Source: Mobula hypostoma (lineage: Eukaryota). From it: a stretch of 64,000 nucleotides of DNA. Where the stretch lies: assembly GCF_963921235.1 (NCBI RefSeq), contig NC_086108.1:2728001-2792000 (forward strand). The letters run 5' to 3'. The notes under the pieces were generated by a model that saw nothing but the letters and a program-made list of their open reading frames with translations, had not been told where the DNA came from and ran no database searches. A program made the position numbers and the translations under genes. Shown piece by piece: positions 15,001 to 27,000 of this stretch. Numbering within the stretch: the stretch's first letter is position 1; each line of letters begins with the position of its first letter.

Positions 15001-18000
15001 TCTCAATCTCCCCCCCCGCTCTCTCAATCTCTCCCTCCCCCCACTCTCTCAATCTCTCCCTCCCCCCACTCAATCTCTCCCTCCCCCCACTCTCTCAATC
15101 TCTCCCTCCCCCCACTCTCTCAATCTCTCCCACCCACCCACTCTCTCAATCTCCCCCCCACTCTCTCAATCTGTCCCTCCCCCCACTCACTCAATCTCTC
15201 CCTCGCCCCACTCTCTCAATCTCCCTCCCCCCACTCTCTCAATCTCCCTCCCCCCACTTTCTCAATCTCCCTCCCCCCACTCAATCTCCCTCCCCCCCAC
15301 TCTCTCAATCTCCATCCCCCCACTCTCTCAATCTCTCTCTCCTCCCCACTTTCTCAATCTCTCTCCCCCCCACTTTGCAATCTCCCTCCCCCCACTCTCC
15401 CAATCTCTCCCTCCCCCCACTCTCTCAATCTCTCCCTCCCCCCACTCTCTCAATCTCCCTCCCCCCACTCTCTCAATCTCCCTCCCCCCCACTCCCTCAA
15501 TCTCTCCCCCCACTCTCTCAATCTCCCTCCCCCCACTCTCTCAATCTCTCTCCCCCCCACTCTCTCAATCTCCCTCCCCCCACTCTCTCAATCTCTCCCT
15601 CCCCCCCACTCTCTCAATCTCTCCCTCCCCACACTCTCTCAATCTCTCCCTCGCCCCCCACTCTCTCAATCTCTCTCCCCCCCACTCTCTCAATCTCTTT
15701 CCCCCTCACTCTCTCAATCTCTCCCTCCCCCCGCACTCTCTCAATCTCCCTCCCCCCTCTCACTCCATCTCTCCCTCCCCCCTACTCTCTGAATCTCTCC
15801 CTCCCCCCACTCTCTCAATTTCCCTCCCCCCACTCTCTCAATCTCCCTCCCCCACTCAATCTCCCTCCCCCCACTCTCTCAATTTCCCTCCACCCCACTC
15901 TCTCAATCTCCCTCCCCCACTCAATCTCCCTCCCCCCTCTCTCAATTTCCCTCCCCCCACTCTCTCAATCTCCCCCGCACTCTCTCAATCTCCCCCCACT
16001 CTCTGAATCTCTCTCTCCCCCCCATTCTCTCAATCTCTCCCTTCCCCCACTCTCAATCTCTCCCTCCCCCCGCACTCTCTCAATCTCTCCCTCCACCCTA
16101 CTCTCTGAATCTCTCCCTCCCCCCACTCTCTCAATTTCCCTCCCCCCAGTTTCTCAATCTCCCCACCACTCTCTCAATCTCTCTCCCCCCACTCTCTCAA
16201 TCTCTCTCCCCCCACTCTGTCAATCTCCCCCCCCACTCTCTCAATCTCCCCCCCACTCTCTCAATCTCTCCCACCCCCCACTCTCTCAATCTCTCTCCCC
16301 CCACTCTCTCAATCTCTCTCCCCCCACTCTCTCAAACTCCCTCCCCCCACTCTCTCAATCTCTCCCTCCCCCCACTCTCAATCTCTCCCCCCCACTCTCT
16401 CTCAATCTCCCCCCCCGCTCTCTCAATCTCTCCCTCCCCCCACTCTCTCAATCTCTCCCTCCCCCCACTCAATCTCTCCCTCCCCCCACTCTCTCAATCT
16501 GTCCCTCCCCCCACTCTCTCAATCTCTCCCTACACCCCACTCTCTCAATCTCTCCCTCCCCCCACTCTCTCAATCTCTCCCTCCCCCCACTCTCTCAATC
16601 TCCCTCCCCCCCACTCTCTCAATCTCTCCCACCCACCCACTCTCTCAATCTCCCTCCCCCCCACTCTCTCAATCTCTCCCACCCACCCACTCTCTCAATC
16701 TCCCCCCCACTCTCTCAATCTGTCCCTCCCCCCACTCACTCAATCTCTCCCTCGCCCCACTCTCTCAATCTCCCTCCCCCCACTCTCTCAATCTCCCTCC
16801 CCCCACTTTCTCAATCTCCCTCCCCCCACTCAATCTCCCTCCCCCCCACTCTCTCAATCTCCATCCCCCCACTCTCTCAATCTCCATCCCCCCACTCTCT
16901 CAATCTCTCTCTCCCCCCCACTTTCTCAATCTCTCTCCCCCCACTTTGCAATCTCCCTCCCCCCACTCTCCCAATCTCTCCCTCCCCCCACTCTCTCAAT
17001 CTCTCCCTCCCCCCACTCTCTCAATCTCCCTCCCCCCACTCTCTCAATCTCTCTCCCCCCACTCTCTCAATCTCCCTCCCCCCACTCTCTCAATCTCTCC
17101 CTCCCCCCCACTCTCTCAATCTCTCTCCCCCCCACTCTCTCAATCTCCCTCCCCCCACTCTCTCAATCTCTCCCTCCCCCCCACTCTCTCAATCTCTCCC
17201 TCCCCACACTCTCTCAATCTCTCCCTCGCCCCCCACTCTCTCAATCTCTCTCCCCCCCACTCTCTCAATCTCTTTCCCCCTCACTCTCTCAATCTCTCTC
17301 TCCCCCCCCACTCTCTCAATCTCCCTCCCCCCTCTCACTCCATCTCTCCCTCCCCCCTACTCTCTGAATCTCTCCCTCCCCCCACTCTCTCAATTTCCCT
17401 CCCCCCACTCTCTCAATCTCCCTCCCCCACTCAATCTCCCTCCCCCCACTCTCTCAATTACCCTCCACCCCACTCTCTCAATCTCCCTCCCCCACTCAAT
17501 CTCCCTCCCCCCTCTCTCAATTTCCCTCCCCCCACTCTCTCAATCTCCCCCGCACTCTCTCAATCTCCCCCCACTCTCTGAATCTCTCCCTCCCCCCAAC
17601 TCTCTCAATCTCTCCGCCCACTCTCTCTATCTCTCTCCCCCCCATTCTCTCAATCTCTCCCTTCCCCCACTCTCAATCTCTCCCTCCCCCCACTCTCTCA
17701 ATCTCTCCCTCCCCCCCCCACTCTCTCAATCTCTCCCTCACCCACACTTTCTCAATCTCCCTCCCCCACTCTCTCAATCTCTTCCCCCCCCACTCTCTCA
17801 ATCTCTCCCTCCCCCCCACTTTCTCAATCTCTCCCTCGCCCCACTCTCTCAATCTCCCTCCCCCCAACTCTCTCAATCTCTCCCCCCGCACTCTCTCAAT
17901 CTCTTTCCCCCCTCACTCTCTCAATCTCTCCCTCCCCCCGCACTCTCTCAATCTCTCTCTCCCCCCCACTCTCTCAATCTCCCTCCACCCACTCACTCAA

Positions 18001-21000
18001 TCTCTCCCTCCCCCCGACTCTCTGAATCTCTGCCTCCCCCCACTCTCTCAATTTCCCTCCCCCCCACTCTCTCAATCTCTCCCACCCACCCACTCTCTCA
18101 ATCTCCCTCGCCCCCACTCTCTCAATCTCTCCCACCCCCCACTCTCTCAATCTCTCTCCCCCCACTCTCTCAATCTCTCTCCCCCCACTCTCTCAAACTC
18201 CCTCCCCCCACTCTCTCAATCTCTCCCTCCCCCCACTCTCAATCTCTCCCCCCCCACTCTCTCTCAATCTCCCCCCCCGCTCTCTCAATCTCTCCCTCCC
18301 CCCACTCTCTCAATCTCTCCCTCCCCCCACTCAATCTCTCCCTCCCCCCACTCTCTCAATCTCTCCCTCCCCCCACTCTCTCAATCTCTCCCACCCACCC
18401 ACTCTCTCAATCTCCCCCCCACTCTCTCAATCTGTCCCTCCCCCCACTCACTCAATCTCTCCCTCGCCCCACTCTCTCAATCTCCCTCCCCCCACTCTCT
18501 CAATCTCCCTCCCCCCACTTTCTCAATCTCCCTCCCCCCACTCAATCTCCCTCCCCCCCACTCTCTCAATCTCCATCCCCCCACTCTCTCAATCTCTCTC
18601 TCCTCCCCACTTTCTCAATCTCTCTCCCCCCACTTTGCAATCTCCCTCCCCCCACTCTCCCAATCTCTCCCTCCCCCCACTCTCTCAATCTCTCCCTCCC
18701 CCCACTCTCTCAATCTCCCTCCCCCCACTCTCTCAATCTCCCTCCCCCCCACTCCCTCAATCTCTCCCCCCACTCTCTCAATCTCCCTCCCCCCACTCTC
18801 TCAATCTCTCTCCCCCCCACTCTCTCAATCTCCCTCCCCCCACTCTCTCAATCTCTCCCTCCCCCCCACTCTCTCAATCTCTCCCTCCCCACACTCTCTC
18901 AATCTCTCCCTCGCCCCCCACTCTCTCAATCTCTCTCCCCCCCACTCTCTCAATCTCTTTCCCCCTCACTCTCTCAATCTCTCCCTCCCCCCGCACTCTC
19001 TCAATCTCCCTCCCCCCTCTCACTCCATCTCTCCCTCCCCCCTACTCTCTGAATCTCTCCCTCCCCCCACTCTCTCAATTTCCCTCCCCCCACTCTCTCA
19101 ATCTCCCTCCCCCACTCAATCTCCCTCCCCCCACTCTCTCAATTTCCCTCCACCCCACTCTCTCAATCTCCCTCCCCCACTCAATCTCCCTCCCCCCTCT
19201 CTCAATTTCCCTCCCCCCACTCTCTCAATCTCCCCCGCACTCTCTCAATCTCCCCCCACTCTCTGAATCTCTCTCTCCCCCCCATTCTCTCAATCTCTCC
19301 CTTCCCCCACTCTCAATCTCTCCCTCCCCCCGCACTCTCTCAATCTCTCCCTCCACCCTACTCTCTGAATCTCTCCCTCCCCCCACTCTCTCAATTTCCC
19401 TCCCCCCAGTTTCTCAATCTCCCCACCACTCTCTCAATCTCTCTCCCCCCACTCTCTCAATCTCTCTCCCCCCACTCTGTCAATCTCCCCCCCCACTCTC
19501 TCAATCTCCCCCCCACTCTCTCAATCTCTCCCACCCCCCACTCTCTCAATCTCTCTCCCCCCACTCTCTCAATCTCTCTCCCCCCACTCTCTCAAACTCC
19601 CTCCCCCCACTCTCTCAATCTCTCCCTCCCCCCACTCTCAATCTCTCCCCCCCCACTCTCTCTCAATCTCCCCCCCGCTCTCTCAATCTCTCCCTCCCCC
19701 CACTCTCTCAATCTCTCCCTCCCCCCACTCAATCTCTCCCTCCCCCCACTCTCTCAATCTGTCCCTCCCCCCACTCTCTCAATCTCTCCCTACACCCCAC
19801 TCTCTCAATCTCTCCCTCCCCCCACTCTCTCAATCTCTCCCTCCCCCCACTCTCTCAATCTCCCTCCCCCCCACTCTCTCAATCTCTCCCACCCACCCAC
19901 TCTCTCAATCTCCCTCCCCCCCACTCTCTCAATCTCTCCCACCCACCCACTCTCTCAATCTCCCCCCCACTCTCTCAATCTGTCCCTCCCCCCACTCACT
20001 CAATCTCTCCCTCGCCCCACTCTCTCAATCTCCCTCCCCCCACTCTCTCAATCTCCCTCCCCCCACTTTCTCAATCTCCCTCCCCCCACTCAATCTCCCT
20101 CCCCCCACTCTCTCAATCTCCATCCCCCCACTCTCTCAATCTCCATCCCCCCACTCTCTCAATCTCTCTCTCCCCCCCACTTTCTCAATCTCTCTCCCCC
20201 CACTTTGCAATCTCCCTCCCCCCACTCTCCCAATCTCTCCCTCCCCCCACTCTCTCAATCTCTCCCTCCCCCCACTCTCTCAATCTCCCTCCCCCCACTC
20301 TCTCAATCTCTCTCCCCCCACTCTCTCAATCTCCCTCCCCCCACTCTCTCAATCTCTCCCTCCCCCCCACTCTCTCAATCTCTCTCCCCCCCACTCTCTC
20401 AATCTCCCTCCCCCCACTCTCTCAATCTCTCCCTCCCCCCCACTCTCTCAATCTCTCCCTCCCCACACTCTCTCAATCTCTCCCTCGCCCCCCACTCTCT
20501 CAATCTCTCTCCCCCCCACTCTCTCAATCTCTTTCCCCCTCACTCTCTCAATCTCTCTCTCCCCCCCCACTCTCTCAATCTCCCTCCCCCCTCTCACTCC
20601 ATCTCTCCCTCCCCCCTACTCTCTGAATCTCTCCCTCCCCCCACTCTCTCAATTTCCCTCCCCCCACTCTCTCAATCTCCCTCCCCCACTCAATCTCCCT
20701 CCCCCCACTCTCTCAATTACCCTCCACCCCACTCTCTCAATCTCCCTCCCCCCTCTCTCAAACTCTCTCTCCCTCCCCCCACTCTCTCAAATCTAATCTC
20801 TCCCTCCCCACTCTCTCAATCTCTCCCCCACTCTCTCTCCCTCCCCCATTCTCTCAATCTCTCCCTTCCCCACTCTCCTCCCTCCCCCCACTCTCTCAAT
20901 CTCTCCCCCCCCACTCTCTCAATCTCTCCTCACCCACACTTTCTCAATCTCCCTCCCCCACTCTCTCAATCTCTTCCTCCCCCCACTCTCTCAATCTCTC

Positions 21001-24000
21001 CCTCCCCCCCACTCTCTCAATCTCCCTCGCCCCACTCTCTAATCTCTCCCTCCCCCCAACTCTCTCAATCTCTCCCCCCGCACTCTCTCAATCTCTTTCC
21101 CCCCTCACTCTCTCAATCTCTCCCTCCCCCCGCACTCTCTCAATCTCTCTCTCCCCCCCACTCTCTCAATCTCCCTCCACCCACTCACTCAATCTCTCCC
21201 TCCCCCCGACTCTCTGAATCTCTGCCTCCCCCCACTCTCTCAATTTCCCTCCCCCCCACTCTCTCAATCTACCTCCCCCACTCAATCTCCCTCCCCCCAC
21301 TCTCTCAATTTCCCTCCACCCCACTCTCTCAATCTCCCTCCCCCACTCAATCTCCCTCCCCCCACTCTCTCAATTTCCCCCCCACTCTCTCAATCTCTCC
21401 CTCCCCCCACTCTCTCAATCTCTCTCCCCACATTCTCTCAATCTCTCCCTCCCCCCCACTCTCTCAATCTCTCCCCCCCTACTCTCTCAATCACTCCCAC
21501 CCCCCACTCTCTCAATCTCTCCCCCCCTACTCTCTCAATCACTCCCACCCCCCACTCTCTCAATCTCTCCCACCCCCTCTCTCTCAATCTCTCCCTCCCG
21601 CCCACTCTCTCAATCTCCCACCCCCCCACTCTCTCAATCTGTCCCTCCACCCACTCTCTCAAATTCTCCCTCCCCCCACTCACTCAATCTCTCCCTCCCC
21701 CCACTCTCTCAATCTCTCCTTCCCCCCACTCTCTCAATCTCTCACTCCCCCCACTCTCTCAATCTCTCCCCCCTCACTCTCTCCCTCCCCCCACTCTCTC
21801 AATCTCTCCCACCCCACACTCTCTCAATCTCTCCCCCCCTCACTTTCTCAATCTCTCCCCCCCACTCTCTCAATCTCTCCCACCCCCACTCTCTCAATCT
21901 CTCTCCCCCACTCTCTCAATCTCTCCTTCCCCCCACGCTCTCAATCTCTCCCCCCACTGTCTCAATCTCCCTCCCCCCACTCTCTCAATCTCCCTCCCCC
22001 CCACTCTCTCAATCTCCCTCCCCCCACTCTCTCAAACTCCCTCCCCCCACTCTCTCAAACTCCCTCCCCCCACTCTCTCAATCTCTCCCTCCCCCCACTC
22101 TCTCAATCTCTCCCTCCCCCACTCTCAATCTCTCCCTCCCCCCACTCTCTCAATCTCTCCCACCCCACACTCTCTCAATCTCTCCCCCCCTCACTTTCTC
22201 AATCTCTCCCCCCCACTCTCTCAATCTCTCCCACCCCCACTCTCTCAATCTCTCTCCCCCACTCTCTCAATCTCTCCCTCCCCCCACGCTCTCAATCTCT
22301 CCCCCCACTGTCTCAATCTCCCTCCCCCCACTCTCTCAATCTCCCTCCCCCCCACTCTCTCAATCTCCCTCCCCCCACTCTCTCAAACTCCCTCCCCCCA
22401 CTCTCTCAAACTCCCTCCCCCCACTCTCTCAATCTCTCCCTCCCCCCACTCTCTCAATCTCTCCCTCCCCCACTCTCAATCTCTCCCTCCCCCCACTCTC
22501 TCAATCTCTCCCTCCCCCAACTCTCTCAATCTCTCCCTCCCCCCACTCTCTCAATCTCTCCCTCCCCCCACTCTCTCAATCTCTCCCTCCCCCACTCTCA
22601 ATCTCTCCCTCCCCCCACTCTCTCAATCTCTCCCTCCCCCAACTCTCTCAATCTCTCCCTCCCCCAACTCTCTCAATCTCTCCCTCCCCCAACTCTCTCA
22701 ATCTCTCCCTCCCCCCACTCTCTCAATCTCTCCCTCCCCCCCACTCTCTCAATCTCTCCCTCCCCCAACTCTCTCAATCTCTCCCTCCCCCCACTCTCTC
22801 AATCTCTCCCTCCCCCCCAGTCTCTTAATCTCTCTCTCCCCCCACTCTCTCAATCTGTCCCTCCCCCCACTCTCTCAATCTCTCCCTCCCCCCACTTTCT
22901 CAATCTCTCTCCCCCCGCACTCTCTCAATCTGTCCCTCCCCCCACTCTCTCAATCTATCCCTCCCCCCACTCACTCAATCTCTCCCTCCCCCCACTCTCT
23001 CAATCTCTCCGTCCCCCCACTCTCTCAATCTCCCCCCCACTCTCTCAATCTCTCCCCACTCTCTCAATCTCTCCCCCCTCACTCTCTCCCTCCCCCCACT
23101 CTCTCAATCTCTCCCCCCATCACTCTCTCAATCTCGCCCACCCCACACTCTCTCAATCTCTCCCCCCCTCACTCTCTCAATCTCTCCCCCCCACTCGCTC
23201 AATCTCTCCCACCCACTCTCTCAATCTCTCCCACCCCCCACTCTCTCAATCTCTCCCCCCCACTCTCTCAATCTCTCCCTCCCCCCACTCTCTCAATCTC
23301 TCCCCCACACTCTCAATCTCCCTCCCCCCACTCTCTCAATCTCCCTCCACCCCACTCTCTCAAACTCCCTCCACCCCACTCTCTCAAACTCCCTCCCCTC
23401 ACTCTCTCAAACTCCCTCCCCCCACTCTCTCAATCTCTCCCTCCCCCCACTCTCAATCTCTCCCTCCCCCACTCTCAATCTCTCCCTCCCCCACTCTCTC
23501 AATCACTCCCTCCCCCACTCTCAATCTCTCCCCCCCACTCTCTCAATCTCTCCTTCCCCCCACTCGCAATCTCTCCCTCCCCCACTCTCAATCTCTCCCT
23601 CCCCCACTCTCTCAATCACTCCCTTCCCCACTCTCAATCTCTCCCCTCCACTCTCTCAATCTCTCCCTCCCCCAACTCCCTCAATCTCTCCCTCCCCCAC
23701 ACTCTCTCAATCTCTCCCTCCCCCCACTCTCTCAATCTCTCCCTCCCCCCACTCTCTCAACCTCTCCCTCCCCCCCACTCTCTCAAACTCCCTCCCCCCA
23801 CTCTCTCAAACTCCCTCCCCCCACTCTCTCAATCTCTCCCGCTCACACTCTCCCTCCCCCCACTCTCTCAATCTCTCCCTCCCCCCACTCTCTCAATCTC
23901 TCCCTCCCCCAACTCTCTCAATCTCTCCCTCCCCCCCACTCTCTCAATCTCTCCCCCCTCACTCTCTCCCTCCCCCCACTCTCTCAATCTCTCCCCCCGT

Positions 24001-27000
24001 CACTCTCTCAATCTCTCCCACCCCACACTCTCTCAATCTCTCCCCCCTGACTCTCTCAATCTCTCCCCCCCACTCTCTCAATCTCCCTTCCCCCCAACTC
24101 TCTCAATCTCCCTCCCCCCACTCTCTCAATCTCTCTCCCCCCCACTCTCTCAATCTCTCTCCCCACTCTCTCAATCTCTCCCTCGCCCCACTCTCTCAAT
24201 CTCCCTCCCCCCACTCTCTCAATCTCCCTCCCCCCCACTCTCTCAATCTCCCTCCCCCCAACTCTCTCAATCTCTCCCTCGCCCCACTCTCTCAATCTCC
24301 CTCCCCCCACTCTCTCAATCTCCCTCCCCCCAACTCTCTCAATCTCCCTCCCCCCCACTCTCTCAATCTCTCCCTCCCCCCCACTCTCTCAATCTCTCCC
24401 TCCCCCCTACTCTCTGAATCTCTCCCTCCCCCCACTCTCTCAATCTCCCTCCCCCCCACTCTCTCAATCTCCCTCCCTACACTCTGAATCTCTCCCTCCC
24501 CCCACTCTCTCAATTTCCCTCCCCCCACTCTCTCAATCTCCCTCCCCCACTCAATCTCCCTCCCCCCACTCTTTATCTCCATCCCCCCACTCTCTCAATC
24601 TCTCCCCCCCACTTTCTCAATCTCTCTCTCCCCCAAACTTGGTGAATCTCCCTCCCCCACTCTCAATCTCTCTCCCCCCACTCTCTCAATCTCTCTCCCC
24701 CCACTCTCTCAATCTCTCTCCCCCCACTCTCTCAATCTCGCTCCCCCCCACTCTCTCAATCTCTCCCTCTCCCCACTCTCTCAATCTCCCTCCCCCTCAC
24801 TCTCTAAATCTCCCTCCCCCCAACTCTCTCAATCACTCCCTCCCCCCACTCTGTCAATCTCTCCCTCCCCCCAACTCTCTCAATCACTCCCTGCCCCCAC
24901 TCTGTCAATCTCTCCCTCCCCCCCACTCTCTCAATCTCTCCCTCCCCCCACTCTCTCAATTTCTCTCTCCCCCCACTCTCTCAATCTCCCTCCCCCCACT
25001 CACTCAATCTCTCCCTCCCCCCTACTCTCTGAATCTCTCCATCCCGCCACTCTCTCAATCTCCTTCCCACCACTCTCTCAATCTCCTTCCCCCCCACTCT
25101 CTCAATCTCCCTCCCCCCACTCACTCAATCTCTCCCTCCCCCCTACTCTCTGAATCTCTCCATCCCGCCACTCTCTCAATCTCCTTCCCCCCCACTCTCT
25201 CAATCTCTCCCCCCACACTCTCAATCTCCCTCCCCCCACTCACTCAATCTCTCTCTCTCCCCATCAACTCTCTCAATCTCCCTCCCTCCACTCTCTCAAT
25301 CTCTCCCTCCCCCTACTCTCTCAATCTCTCCCTCACCCCCACTCTCTCAATCTCCCTCCCCCCACTCTCTCAATCTCTCCCCCCTCACTCTCTCCCTCCC
25401 CCCACTCTCTCAATCTCTCCCCCTCACACTCTCCCTCCCCCCACTCTCTCAATCTCTCCCCCCTCACACTCTCAATCCCTCCCCCCCACTCTCTCAATCT
25501 CACTCCCCCCACTCTCTCAATCTCCCTCCCCCCACTCTCTCAATCTCCGTCCCCCCACTCTCTCAATCTCTCCCGCTCACACTCTCCCTCCCTCCACTCT
25601 CTCAATCTCTCCGTCCCCCCCACTCTCTCAATCTCTCCCCCCTCACTCTCTCCCTCCCCCCACTCTCTCAATCTCTCCCCCCGTCACTCTCTCAATCTCT
25701 CCCACCCCACACTCTCTCAATCTCTCCCCCCTCACTCTCTCAATCTCTCCCCCCCACTCTCTCAATCTCTTCCCCCACTCTCTCAATCTCTCCCACCCCC
25801 CACTCCCTCAATCTCTCCCCCCACTCTCTCAATCTCCCTCCCCCCACTCTCTCAATCTCCCTCCCCAACTCTCTCAAACTCCCTCCCCCCACTCTCAATC
25901 TCTCCCTCCCCCCACTCTCTCAATCTCTCCCTCCCCCCACTCTCTCAATCTCCCTCCCCAACTCTCTCAAACTCCCTCCCCCCACTCTCAATCTCTCCCT
26001 CCCCCCACTCTCTCAATCTCTCCCTCCCCCACTCTCAATCTCTCCCTCCCCCCACTCTCTCAATCTCTCCCTCCCCCCACTCTCTCAATCTCCCTCCCCC
26101 CCACTCTCTCAAACTCCCTCCCCCCACTCTCTCAAACTCCCTCCCCCCACTCTCTCAAACTCCCTCCCCCCACTCTCTCAAACTCCCTCCCCCCACTCTC
26201 TCAATCTCTCCCTCCCCCCACTCTCAATCTCTCCCTCCCCCACTCTCAATCTCTCCCTCCCCCCACTCTCTCAATCTCTCCCTCCCCCAACTCCCTCAAT
26301 CTCTCCCTCCCCCAACTCCCTCAATCTCTCGCTCCCCCCCCACTCTCTCAATCTCTCCCTCCCCCCCACTCTCTCAATCTCCCTCCCCCCACTCTCTCTC
26401 AATCTCTCCCTCCCCCACTCTCTCAATCTCTCCCTCCCCCCACTCTCTCAATCTCTCCCTCCCCCCAACTCTCTCAATCTCTCCCTCCCCCACACTTTCT
26501 CAATCTCCCACCCCCCCACTCTCTCAATCTCTCCCTCCCCCCCACTATCTCAATCTCTCCCTCGCCCCACTCTCTCAATCTGTCTCCCCCCTACTCTCTC
26601 AATCTCCCTCCCCCCAACTCTCTCAATCCCCCACTCTCTCAATCACTCCCTCCCCCCACTCTGTCAATCTCTCCCTCCCCCCCACTCTGTCAATCTCTCA
26701 CTCCCCCCCACTCTCTCAATCTCTCCCTCCCCCCAACTCTCTCAATCTCTCCCTCCCCCACACTTTCTCAATCTCCCTCCCCCCCACTCTCTCAATCTCT
26801 CCCTCCCCCCCACTATCTCAATCTCTCCCTCGCCCCACTCTCTCAATCTGTCTCCCCCCCACTCTCTCAATCTCCCTCCCCCCAACTCTCTCAATCACTC
26901 CCTCCCCCCACTCTGTCAATCTCTCCCTCCCCCCCACTCTCTCAATCTCTCCCTCCCCCCTACTCTCTGAATCTCTCCCTCCCCCCACTCTCTCAATCTC

